From assembly GCA_030167865.1 (NCBI GenBank), contig JALAGF010002610.1:1-34470 (forward strand): a stretch of 34,470 nt of DNA. Reading direction: 5' to 3'. The position numbers and the translations under genes are program-made. The notes beneath the pieces are model-generated. The model ran no database searches. It saw only the letters and a list, made by a program, of their open reading frames with translations, and was not told where the DNA came from. The DNA comes from Craspedostauros australis. Its lineage: Eukaryota. Below, piece by piece: positions 9,601 through 19,534 of the stretch (its first letter is position 1; every line of letters starts with the position of its first letter).

Positions 9601-11587
9601 ATGCCACTCCAGCCTCCGGCCGCGTCGATTGAATCCACTTTTCGCACGCAGCGATATCATCCTGCCCGACGATGAGCATACCCAACCGCAGCGGGAATTG
9701 ATTCTGCATCAGCTGTGCGGCGACGTCGAGCGCCACGGGACGCCCGGAACCGTCACCTGCCAGTTGGGTGGGATCGAGGACGGCCAATGTCGTGAAGACG
9801 TTGCGTCGCACGGAGGGTGCCATGCCGTACTGCATCGCCATGAGCATCTGCTGCATGGATCGAGGCCAGCTGGCGTACTGCTTGTCCTTCTCGATGTCAT
9901 TGAGGTACATGATGGATTGCTTCCAGCCGCGGCCAACATCAATACGGTCGGCCGGTTTGGCTGGCTTTTGGGAGCGGCCCATGCCACCGTCGTACTCGTC
10001 TTCATCGTCGTCATCGTCATCATCGTCTTCTGCCGCGAAGAAGTCTGCGCCCTGCAACCATGCCTGATAGATGGCCTTCAGCGCATCCGTTCGCGTTTCC
10101 TCTGCGAAGATGTTGGCGAGCTCGTTTTGGAACTGCTGGATCTCCTTCTCCTCCTTTTGCAGGAGCTGGATGAGTTCGAAGACGTTGAAGGACGGACGAT
10201 CGATGGCGACGGGTCGACCGTTGATCCACAGCCCGCCTCGGCTCTCCCTGATGAGACCTTGCAGCGGAGCCTGTAACGACTGCACGATATCCTCGAATTC
10301 CGGTGGGACCTTGACATGGACCAGCGTGGATGCGACGGAGGGTAGATTTTGCGATATTTCTTGCATCGTGACGAGCGGGTCCGAGAACGATTGCTCGTTG
10401 TCGTCGTTGTTGTGCAGCAGGGTGTGGGCGGCTTGCACGCTGAGTTGCCGGCGCTGCCACGTCGGCGGGATGAGCTGCGAGTGGCCGATCTGGGCTTCGT
10501 GCAGCTTCCAGATCTGCTGCTGCAACTGCAAGGCTTCGTTGGCGGCGGATTCCGAAGACGCATCTTCTGACAGCCCCAGCGCCGTGAGGTTGACACCGGC
10601 AAGGAATTGATCGCTGAGGGCCTCCAAGCTGGAGACGTTGATGTGATTGACGGCCTCATCGGAATCGCCGGAGATGGTTCGTTTGTGATCATCGAAGACC
10701 TTGTATTCGACGTTGCGGATGTCCAAACGGACTCCGTAGCCTTGCAGGATAGTGGGTTGCTGTTGCTGTTGTTGCTCGTCAGAGGCAGCGTGCCCATCCA
10801 TGAAACGTACAACGAACGGTGCATCCATCTCGACGAGTTTCGTGTAGAAGGCAGCAAACGCCGCGCTGGTCATGTCACCGTAGAGAATGACCAACCCACC
10901 GTCGGTCCGAATGGAAGCACCATCATCTGCGGTCGACGATCGCGGCACCTCGCCTGGCAGCAGGAGGTCATCGATGGCGGAAACCTCCAGCTGACACTCA
11001 TCTTCGCTCGTGCACGACAGAAGGTCCAACAAATCATCCGGCGATCGTGCCAGCTTCCCATGCGGATGGACGACAGCGAATGCTTGCTGCGTGGATGGCG
11101 GTTCCTCCCCAGCCAGCTGAATCCAGGATTGCACCGCCAGTCCTCTCTGCAGCTGACATGCAGGACTTTGAGATCGGATGACCAACGAGTACTCGAGCAG
11201 CTCCAAATTGACGGGCAGCCGATCGGAGGTTGCGGCGGCCGTCTGCAGGACCAGTTCCGTCATCCGCTTGTACGAGTTGGAATGCGCCATGCTGGATGCC
11301 TGATGCTGCACCCAACGATCCAGGAAGCCCCACTGCGGCTGCAGCAACGACCATGCCTCGCAGACGACATCGGACGGCGTGCTGGCCCATCCGTGCGCCT
11401 TCACGGACACCTTCAGCTCGCGGTTGATGATGGGCGAGACGAGGATTCCATTCGCATCTTGATCCGCGGCGGCTGCGGCAGATCCATCGCTGCTGCCAAA
11501 GAGGGACCAGTAGGAAGCGCACACGGATGAGGTCTGCGAGAGCCAAAGCAACGCGCACCACGCGTGCAACCACGTCGCTCCTTTCAT
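6641..11587 (-). CDS. UGGT: UDP-glucose:glycoprotein glucosyltransferase (GT24)
   Basis: 1648-aa single-exon ORF. Signal peptide; LQGYGVRLDIRNVEYKVFDD; catalytic-domain motifs NVFSLATGHLYERFLKIMM, WGYKILFLDVLFPL, YVDADQ, LANLDQDLPN, WLWCESWC, IDLCNNP; C-terminal HEQL resembles an ER-retention signal. Confidence 0.98.
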   Translation of the reverse strand: MKGATWLHAWCALLWLSQTSSVCASYWSLFGSSDGSAAAAADQDANGILVSPIINRELKVSVKAHGWASTPSDVVCEAWSLLQPQWGFLDRWVQHQASSMAHSNSYKRMTELVLQTAAATSDRLPVNLELLEYSLVIRSQSPACQLQRGLAVQSWIQLAGEEPPSTQQAFAVVHPHGKLARSPDDLLDLLSCTSEDECQLEVSAIDDLLLPGEVPRSSTADDGASIRTDGGLVILYGDMTSAAFAAFYTKLVEMDAPFVVRFMDGHAASDEQQQQQQPTILQGYGVRLDIRNVEYKVFDDHKRTISGDSDEAVNHINVSSLEALSDQFLAGVNLTALGLSEDASSESAANEALQLQQQIWKLHEAQIGHSQLIPPTWQRRQLSVQAAHTLLHNNDDNEQSFSDPLVTMQEISQNLPSVASTLVHVKVPPEFEDIVQSLQAPLQGLIRESRGGLWINGRPVAIDRPSFNVFELIQLLQKEEKEIQQFQNELANIFAEETRTDALKAIYQAWLQGADFFAAEDDDDDDDDEDEYDGGMGRSQKPAKPADRIDVGRGWKQSIMYLNDIEKDKQYASWPRSMQQMLMAMQYGMAPSVRRNVFTTLAVLDPTQLAGDGSGRPVALDVAAQLMQNQFPLRLGMLIVGQDDIAACEKWIQSTRPEAGVACPMPENETLFGTPPSDSPPAEEELESTPITARLVHRLLAYVMDKYSRELLLPYNDNLIVSIGQKSRDLGPGKSVSAADLLKAHRKIISAMNEAPETVPELVDGLIASEAKSSDEDASPSLYTYGKALRFAADKGLKPGMSFLNGLSLPGYDDDDANEKIGKVLMEEQKYIFEMVARGVITDTSPKSIYGKLLTGDHVHPKLHRSFVDSENPNNFANLQFKKGAHVPPTTVVLSCESSLSAAFVVVAVLDDDSTDRKQFDDDLMSALFNAFGGQDGCKGTFGYKVVSQADIVRTADDNIPDSNFIWINGRIYALQPGEVFTHSDLEILAGLDMAKSTAVTKLLLPRIKGVPVEVQTDVISKVVGFLVSTKVQRSDPVAMINERLPQMGLPSNPMQIDFESQKRTDGIQSGITAIVDPISKTAQRLSPLLIVMRDKLKLPVTLILAPTAILDGDSKIPITSYYRFVADPDAFQDSAVTPMAHFSNLPTQHVFTVQLDVPEPWDVQQTKTVQDTDNLRCSLENGCSDAEHRDDSPYSEASASYKHLTEVEYGLSSLLFFGQCYEVKGKMTPPNGLQLTLSPHTELGVSDAAAAPTESAQYSDTLVMKTAGYWQLRGNPGIWDLNILKESRGAEIFDMIKGTFRRGSLKLDKSDDNTYQSKRLVMDSFVSKGEVLLVRRKQGYQHASLFYDSDKARKGLQTKDDDVVNVFSLATGHLYERFLKIMMLSVTKRTSSKVKFWLFENFLSPSFKASARAMADRIGCEVEFVTYKWPEFLRGQTEKQRVIWGYKILFLDVLFPLNVKKIIYVDADQVVRGDLTELRDMDLNGAPYGYTPMCSSREETKGYQFWNTGFWKTHLRGKPYHISALYVVDLERFRKDLVGDKLRSVYQQLSADPNSLANLDQDLPNYAQHQVPIFSLPQEWLWCESWCSDETKATSKTIDLCNNPQHKEAKVSMAKRIINGNLFNESWVELDAEVESYYQDFLGHEQL

Positions 11588-11880
11588 CCTTCGTTGCGCA
11601 AACGAGCAAGGGCGTTGCTATTGCACTTGCGATGAGAGTAGAATAGTGGTACTCTCTGGAGTGGTTCGTATGCGATTCAGGTCCCACGCTTCTCTCTTTC
11701 ACTTTTTTGTATCTTTGTTGGGTGTGGTTGTTACTGATGTCTACAGTCGACGTTTGGGTGCTGCTCGATGTCGCGTGATGTGTCGTTGTTGTTGTGGGAA
11801 TCTGCGCACAACGAAACTACACGCTTCCATGATGACTCCATGGATTCAAACTCTAGACGCTGAGTTGTCGAGATTTAGCA

Positions 11881-11888
11881 TGACGTCA
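11881..11888. promoter_or_regulatory. CRE/bZIP-type palindrome TGACGTCA upstream of UGGT
   Basis: Perfect palindrome about 295 bp upstream of the UGGT ATG. Function is inferred only. Confidence 0.25.
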
Positions 11889-13084
11889 CCGACCAGACGA
11901 AGGCGGGACTCGGATCGAGACCGAAAACTCACGGAGGTTGTGTCTGTACCACGACCGAAACTGTGACCGGATGTAGTGGTCTCAATACTTTACCCCAGTG
12001 TGCAGAATGCAAGATTGAACATGACACTTGCAAACACCTTGACATTGGAGGACTCCCCATGTGTGTCCTTATGTGTTCAGATTCGGAACATCAACATTGC
12101 AATCTGTGAGCAAGATAGAATCACAGATGAATGCGCCAATGGTTCCGAGTACGAATGGGATTGCTCCATAACCGGAAGCAACATGGATACACAAGATAAG
12201 ATCAGCAGAGTGGCTGATGTACAACACGAGATCACGATGAACAGAGCAGCAGAGAGAGAGAGCAGAATCGGAAATAGAATAGCTCATAAAACTGACAGAG
12301 AAACGGTTACCAACCCTCAACAGAAACAGTCTACTTTTACCAACAAGTCTACAGCACTCGGACATTTCAACACTGAGTCACGGAAAGGCAAACTCGTGTC
12401 TGCCATCAACCGTTGACGTTTCTGGTTGCAGTCGTGGACCAGAAAGGCGCCAAGATCAAAGTCGCCGCACAAGATCTTTCTCGGAAAACGCATCAACCAA
12501 ACCGCCCACAACATCACGATACCGAAACAGAAAAAATGATCTTGTTTCTCATCGGATGCCGTACTCCGACGAATACTTGATGCCAATGAACATGCTGGAC
12601 CATTCGGGAAACCGCCCACACTGCCAAGATCTTGGGCACGGAAGCGCATGCAAACGCAAGTATAGTGGTGCGGTGCAGCATCGTGAGAGCAGGCTGTATC
12701 CGCAGGCGACGAGTGCCGAAAGCCAACAAGCAACTGAGCACCAGAAGAAGCCATAAAACCAGTTTGCATCCAACTCAAGACCAATCCACGAACCAACGAA
12801 CCAGCCACCAAGCCTTACTCTTTTGATTGCATTTCTTGCATCATCCGCAACAGATTTGCAAACTTCAGCTTCGTGACATTGGGCGCCCATCGACGACGAA
12901 GACTCGTACGCAAGAACACTGAAGCGGTATACCAATCGCTTCTTCCAAGGTTCTACATCCGTCCGAAGACGACCAAACAAGCCTTCGGCGCCAAAGCCAA
13001 GGATCAGAAGTTGACAAGAAACAAAAGCCGCTGGGCAGTACGTGGAGAAGTCCCCGACACCCAAATCACATCCAAATCGCCACC

Positions 13085-13396
13085 ATGACCGCCTGCATCG
13101 AGATCGTCACCTTCCGCCTGGCGAGAGGCACCAAGGAGGAAGATTTCCTCGCGGCCGTCGAGGAATCCAAGACCGCCATCAAGGCTTTCGGAGGTTACCT
13201 TGCTCGATATGTGTCCAAAGATGACAAGGACGCCGGGTTGTGGACGGATATGATCGTGTGGAAGGACCACGACACCGCCATCAAGGCCGCCCAAGTTGTC
13301 CCCAAGCATCCTTCCTTCGCGAAGTTCGGATCCATGATCGATGGGCCATCCGTCAACATGCGACACAGCAACGTCACCAACACCATGCACGAGTAG
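13085..13396 (+). CDS. Small dimeric alpha/beta-barrel (ABM-like) protein of bacterial type
   Basis: 103 aa with the pattern IEIVTFRL..G..EEDFLAA ... GY..R ... WTDMIVW ... AIKAA ... HP..AKF..MID..SV.MRH, typical of ABM-superfamily proteins. cacc-ATG context and C-ending codon bias. Confidence 0.8.
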   Translation: MTACIEIVTFRLARGTKEEDFLAAVEESKTAIKAFGGYLARYVSKDDKDAGLWTDMIVWKDHDTAIKAAQVVPKHPSFAKFGSMIDGPSVNMRHSNVTNTMHE

Positions 13397-14982
13397 AGGA
13401 CAAAAATGAAGTTGGGAGGCTCTTACAGTAGTCTCTATTGCCCAACTTTAGCACATATTATATCATTCACATTTAGTGCAGCATCCAGCAAACTTGCAGC
13501 CAAGTCATTTTAATGCAGAGCGCAATTATGGACACGATCACGGCAGAGTAGCTCGTACTCCATTGAAGATTGCGTTGTGGATGTGCCTGGGGCAACAAGC
13601 GAAGGGTCGGTTGAACGATCGCGAAGCCAAGCCAAGGAAAGTAATGTACCATACAACCGGCACAAGTATAGTACGACTATGAGAGAAACGTTCCCAAACG
13701 TCCTCTCTCGCCAGAGTGCTTGGTTGAAGTTCGCGTCTATTGTACATGTACCATACCATACTGCCATTGCTCCGTTCCACTCGATTCTATTGAATTCTTG
13801 AGATCAACCTCGATTTGTCTGCTTTCTTGGTTTTCTGCCTGCCCAACTGCTTCTCTGCCTTCATTGAATCAACCCGCTAACAGAACTGAAACAGATGTGG
13901 ACCGGAGGCGCGCAAGTCAGGAGTGTGTATCATCATTGTACCATACTCGTTGGTGCGCGCCCCGACTACGGTGACGAGGCGTGCTTCCACCCACTCGGTA
14001 CAAATAGTTCCTTTGAGCTGTTTGATGCCAAACGAATTGATCCTTGCATGTCCTGTTGTCTGCACTTTTGACTTTTGGTAGAAGAATGAGACGGGTGTCT
14101 GGCATTCTGTTTTTTCAAGGGTCTTTGAGGTCAGCGAAATCGCGTTTCGGCATACGATTCACACCTTGTGATGTTTCCTTGATCCGCGTTCGCCGGTCTT
14201 CTTGGGCTCGAGTACAAATCAACATCGCCGGTGACGTTCACGTCCGTCGCATATTTCTCTTCTTGGCCCAAACTGACCAACCAAGACCATGCCGCAGCGT
14301 CTAAGTATTGCCATTCAGAGCGTGCGGGACTCCTCAAGAGGCTGTTGAAGATGCTTCCACGGCGCTGACCACGAGACTGTGTTTCGATTTCCAACAGGGC
14401 GGACAACCGTAGTCTTACGGGCATTCTGTCAACACCCACCGCCCTCACCAGCCACCAGGCCCAACAGATGAGGGACAATGGATTCAGCAACCCAGGAGGA
14501 AAGCAATCACGAGAATCTCAGTCATTCTTGATTGGTCATCGATTGCTCGGCCAATGGTCTCCATGTTTTGTGTCGACCAGGATCGACGTTGTTGCTTCAC
14601 TCTGCGATCTATTTTCGCGCCAAACGACCACACACAGACGGGTGCAGATCTGCGGCATCTGCAGACTATTGATGCGCACGATCGTTGCCGTCCCAAATGC
14701 TGCAGCATGTTGCCTTGTGCATGGTGACTTGCAAGTAACCGATCCTCTCACACCTTCATTGGCAGTTCACTTTCCACAAGACATCTCTCATAAATTTCAC
14801 AAATTCACAACTCATCCTCAAAGGCATCTATTCATCGTTACCACACACATTCAATATCTTCATTCATCCACCAGCACAAGTGATCCACGATATCATACGA
14901 TACAACATCAATAGCAACAGCAACAGCAACAACACAAGTAAACCAACTTAACTTAACTTCACAAGCCCACACTAAAACAATC

Positions 14983-15882
14983 ATGATGCACAGAATCCCA
15001 TCCTCGCTCATCACCACGGCTCTCGCCTTGGCCGCGTCTCTTCAACAGGCTTCCGCCTACTACGTTCCAAGCAGAATATTGCAAATGGACGCCCACAACC
15101 CAGTTGGCCAGCCAACGTATCCATTCACCGCAGAAAACACGAAGAAGTTCGTCGATCATCAATTCGCCAAATACTTCTCGGATTGCCAAGCATTCGTCGA
15201 CACCTTCGTTGCCACAGGCGATCCCACCGATGGCGAGATTCAGACCTCCGCCACCGACCTTCCAACAGCCTTCGAGTACTGCGATGGCAAGCCAGAATGC
15301 CTGACGACCTCCGAATCTCTCCTGGAGCTCTGCGAGCTGACGGTGGGCACCAAGGACCAGATCCATGGCAACATGACGATCCATCCAGGAGCACGCCCAC
15401 GCGATGACTTCAGCCACATCGCTGTGACCGGACAGCAGAGCGTGTGCCTCAACATTGGCCGCGATGTTGGCTTCGGGCCATTAACGCCTCTTTGCTTCGA
15501 ATTCGTCATCACCGAGATCCTTCACGCCAACGAGGATGCGGTGCATGGATTGCAGTCCAGTCTGTGGCACGGGTACTTCAACGTCCACCACTCGACGTGC
15601 CCTGACCTCGACGCCCCCATCCTTGACTGCAACAACAGATGCGTCGTCCCAGAGGGCGTCAACCCAAGCGACGCGAATCTGCCCAGCTACTGCCTCCCAA
15701 AGATCAAGAAGAACGAGACCGACGCGGGCAAGCAGCCAGTCGATCCATCCTCTGCGGATGATGGCGATAGCAACGATGATTCTGCTGCACCATCCCTTCT
15801 CACCAGCGCACGGTCGCTGTCCTGGGCAACCGCTCGCCTCGCCCTTCTTGGGGCGGGGCTGGCTGCGTGGAGTGCTTGCTAG
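14983..15882 (+). CDS. Secreted, probably GPI-anchored protein of unknown function
   Basis: 299 aa. Signal peptide (LITTALALAASLQQASA|YY), Cys-containing globular region, acidic linker, DDSAA (possible omega site) and hydrophobic C-terminus LALLGAGLAAWSAC. CA-rich 5' UTR. Confidence 0.8.
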   Translation: MMHRIPSSLITTALALAASLQQASAYYVPSRILQMDAHNPVGQPTYPFTAENTKKFVDHQFAKYFSDCQAFVDTFVATGDPTDGEIQTSATDLPTAFEYCDGKPECLTTSESLLELCELTVGTKDQIHGNMTIHPGARPRDDFSHIAVTGQQSVCLNIGRDVGFGPLTPLCFEFVITEILHANEDAVHGLQSSLWHGYFNVHHSTCPDLDAPILDCNNRCVVPEGVNPSDANLPSYCLPKIKKNETDAGKQPVDPSSADDGDSNDDSAAPSLLTSARSLSWATARLALLGAGLAAWSAC

Positions 15883-17129
15883 AGGGCACTCTCGGCAAGC
15901 TTCAGACGATCGGGCGAGCAGAAGTACTCCATCCCACTCAACTCTACATACCCTGCACGTACACGTCCAATACAAGTACACACCGCACCGAGCCATACGA
16001 CCTTCTCTAAACGTATCAACGATAGGTTGATATCGCACCAGCATCGGCACACTGGCCTCCGTGCATTCATGTCATACGCACACACACTACAAGTACTCTG
16101 AATCCAATAATATTATGCAATATAATACATGCGTTACTTCACCAAATCCTAATCCACCCAGAACAGCTTGAGTCGATTTGATGGAGATTTCGTCATTCAC
16201 GTTATGGCCAACACGAGGGTTGTTCTCGTGTGTTGGACACAGGCGTATCCGGATGCGCATCTTGTAGATACATGACGACCAGCGCACAAGATGATTTGGG
16301 CAACAGCATGAGGTACCAGCCCTCACATAGGTACGTAGAATACATACGACGATTACATCGCCAGAGCGGATTAGGCGAAGAAATCCAACACTCTTGTTTT
16401 CTATACCCGTTGCGTAGAATGTTCAAGATAACATTGTTGATGGAGAGGGTTGCGGTAATAACTTGATTGATCGACATAATGAAGGTCATCCCAAAAAAAT
16501 TCAGCTCATTGAACCGAATATGATTGGTCGGTCTTGTTTGGCAGTCGTGTGGCATTCGCACAAACAATTTCATTCAATGAAACGTCCTTTTAACGTCCTA
16601 TGGCCAATAACAACGAGAACCAATCATGAGATAACCTTCGGACAAGCTGACACGAATGCTGGTTGTTTCCCAGTCATCTTGTCGGTCATTGGTGTTGCAC
16701 TGTTTCTGCGTGTCGTTTCGGTTCTGCGAGTGGTTTCTGGTCACGGCACACGCCGTTTTCCTTTCTGCATCAAAAGAGAGAGAAAGTGCATCACACCACC
16801 AACACCACCGTCATTGCTCACCGACCACTCCGTGCCGATACTTCGAAGCGTTTTCCTTGCCTTGCCTCTCCACAATCGCAGTGACAATCGCAATCGCAAT
16901 CACAATCACTCGGCAAGCGAGAAATCAATTGAAGGCATTGGCGCATCTGATTGGAGACAGCATCAATTCAGGTTGGAGATTCTGCCCGCGGCTTTCTCGA
17001 GAACTATCCATCCCCATCCATAGCCACCCATAGCCATCCATAACCATCCGTACCCATCCTTGACCACTCGTATTGGTACCCCATCTCACCATTCTGCAAC
17101 GAAAGAACACGAACGTAAACAGCGCCAAC

Positions 17130-18398
17130 ATGCCAGCCACCGAAATCCCGCTGGCCTCGGGCGGATCACCCACCGTGAACCGCGCCGAGAGCATGGCCTA
17201 CCCACGCACGAACTCCTTCCTCAGCAAGCTCCAATGGTACCTGCGTCAGAACTCGAAGATGGTGCTGATCGGATTGGCGGCAGTGGTCACGATCCTCTTC
17301 ATCACGTCGGACTTCGTGGATGACACCGGCGTCGCCACTTCATCGCTGCGCTCCTTCCATCAGTCAACCCCATTCTCCGGCGCCGCGGCAAAGGGTTACT
17401 TCCGACCTGAGGATGCCGTGGTCTCCGGCAACGTCTTCAAATTCGCGGCCGTCACGGATCTGGACCAGCTCTCCAAGATCGACGGCAGCAAGCCCGCCTT
17501 CCGATCCTACGTCCAGCCGGGCACCATCACGCACGATCCGAAGACCAACACATACAGCCTCGATCTGGAACCGACGCGCGAGCTCATCACCAAGCACAAC
17601 GAGGCGGGCCGCGGCGCCGAGTTCTCGGAGCTCCAGATCTTCAACAACCGCCTCATGACATTCGATGACCGCACCGGTGACGTCTTCGAGATTCGCAACC
17701 ACAAGGATGGCATGTCCAGCTACGTCGTGCCGCGCCTCGTCATCACCGAGGGAGATGGCGAGACCGACAAGGGAATGAAGTGGGAATGGGCCACCGTCAA
17801 GAACGGCGAGCTCTACATGGGAAGCATGGGCAAGGAGTACACCAACCCGAATGGCAGCATCGCCAACACCAACAACCTCTGGGTCACCATCGTCAACCAG
17901 AACGGCGGCTACCGTCGCGTCGACTGGGTCAAGCAGTTCACGTTCGTGCGTGAGCAGCTGGGCGCCCAGAGCCCAGGCTACGTCATCCACGAGGCCATCA
18001 ACTGGTCGCCCAAGATGAGAAAATGGGTCTTCATGCCACGCCGCATCTCCTCCGAGGCCTACGACGACGTCAAGGACGAGCTTCGCGGTTCCAACAAGGC
18101 CGTCCTCGTCGACGAGGGCTTCACGACGGCCAAGGTCGTCGACATCAACATGGCCAGCAAGGATGGTCTGCACGGCTTCTCCTCGTTCGCCTTCGTGCCA
18201 AACACCAACGACAAGCACGTCCTGGCATTGCGCAGCGTCGAGGAGAACTGCGCCGGCGATCTCGACGTCTGCAAGCAGCGATCCTACCTCGTCGTCTTTG
18301 ATGTCACGACAGGGGAAGTCCTCTTGGACGAGCAAAAGATACCGGAAGACATGAAGTTCGAAGGTGTTGAATTCGTTGACATGTTCGCCAAGCCGTGA
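17130..18398 (+). CDS. CANT1: Calcium-activated nucleotidase/apyrase (CANT1/Cimex family), type II membrane protein
   Basis: Motifs AAVTDLD, GRGAEFSEL, DDRTG, GDGETDKGMKWEWATVK..ELYMGSMGKE, GYVIHEA, PRRIS, GFSSFAFVP, KFEGVEF. N-terminal TM MVLIGLAAVVTILFI. First in-frame ATG is 17130; the ORF-track start at 17073 is TTG. Confidence 0.95.
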   Translation: MPATEIPLASGGSPTVNRAESMAYPRTNSFLSKLQWYLRQNSKMVLIGLAAVVTILFITSDFVDDTGVATSSLRSFHQSTPFSGAAAKGYFRPEDAVVSGNVFKFAAVTDLDQLSKIDGSKPAFRSYVQPGTITHDPKTNTYSLDLEPTRELITKHNEAGRGAEFSELQIFNNRLMTFDDRTGDVFEIRNHKDGMSSYVVPRLVITEGDGETDKGMKWEWATVKNGELYMGSMGKEYTNPNGSIANTNNLWVTIVNQNGGYRRVDWVKQFTFVREQLGAQSPGYVIHEAINWSPKMRKWVFMPRRISSEAYDDVKDELRGSNKAVLVDEGFTTAKVVDINMASKDGLHGFSSFAFVPNTNDKHVLALRSVEENCAGDLDVCKQRSYLVVFDVTTGEVLLDEQKIPEDMKFEGVEFVDMFAKP

Positions 18399-19442
18399 GC
18401 GGCACATTACAGCACAGTGTGCTTCATAATACAATATTGTCCGACTCCACAGAGAGTGGAGCGTTCCATTTGTTCTAGATCAATGCATTCCAATCCCAAC
18501 TTCAGATTTTGATGTGCGCGTGTTGTTCATTGGCATCGTGTGGGTACTCCTCTCGTCATAGATGGATGGCACTATTTTCCATGCCACATTTGTGAAGGCG
18601 ATGCACTGTACTCGTATGGTATGTACTGTCATGATGTCCGGATACAGCGTGGTTTTTCCACAAGTGTGCACAGAGCCGAGTCAACGCTTTCCATGGAGCA
18701 ATCGGGCAGAGATCCGGGCCTCAAGCATCTTCCGGTTGTCATCGATGCGTGGCACGCCGCGGTAGGCAGTATGGCAGGTCTCCAACCCCAGAACAGAGAA
18801 TCCCCCTCACGCTGTCCCATGAAACCGAACCAAGTTGACTTCGAGTATAAAGCAGTACAACGAAATCCAATCGATTGCGAGGACAATGGCATACCTACGC
18901 AGTCGTCTTGACTTCCGCAAGCATAACGGCGCCGACAAAGCAGTGACCTGAGAGACACCCAGTACCGTTGCTTGTTACATCCCTCTCCATGCAAAGGAAT
19001 CAGCGCACGCACTTGCCCAGCCAATCTATGCAAAGCGCGAAAATCAAAGCAACCTCGACCATCATAGCACGATTATGCCCAACGGAAATCGGTTTTGCCA
19101 AATCTCCGACACATGACAAACACGAGGTTCGCGACTCCACAAACTGCTCAAACATTCTCTGGAGGAGTCTGGAGTAGTCTGCATGGCATCAACTCGCCGC
19201 ACGCATCGCCAAGTTGGCAAATACAATGGTCGATGCCGTGATCAGCTCCGTGCATCGAAGGTCGTGGCCGTGGCTGTGGCCAACACGTTTTTCTCGTTTC
19301 GCAGATTCGTTCGCGGTGGTTCTGGTCGGGTATCTTTTTGTTGGAAAAAGAGACGTTTCGTTCGAACGAGTCTATTTGACCCCATTGACCTCAACGATCT
19401 GATTTCTGTTTGGCCGTTTTCGTTTCAGTAAGAGCGTAACGG

Positions 19443-19529
19443 GTAAGAACGACACAACAACAGAATCGGCAAAACCACCACCACCAAGGAGACAACTTCG
19501 AAGTCCCAACACACCCTGACCAAATACAG
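19443..19529 (+). other. Probable 5'-UTR intron of RPL29
   Basis: GTAAGA donor at 19443 (alternative GTAAGA at 19428), CTGAC branch-like motif at 19516-19520, and TACAG acceptor ending at 19529, 5 nt before the ATG. Length 87 nt. Confidence 0.5.
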
Positions 19530-19534
19530 CAACC

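Noticed and set aside
6653-11530. Numerous ORFs overlapping UGGT
   Set aside because: Alternate-frame and antisense shadows typical of GC3-rich coding DNA.
11976-12416. 146-aa ORF in the UGGT-ABM intergenic region
   Set aside because: GTG start, no recognisable motif, lacks the codon bias of the real genes.
14131-14490. 119-aa minus-strand ORF
   Set aside because: No recognisable family and a non-ATG start. It could be a gene relic, but this cannot be supported.
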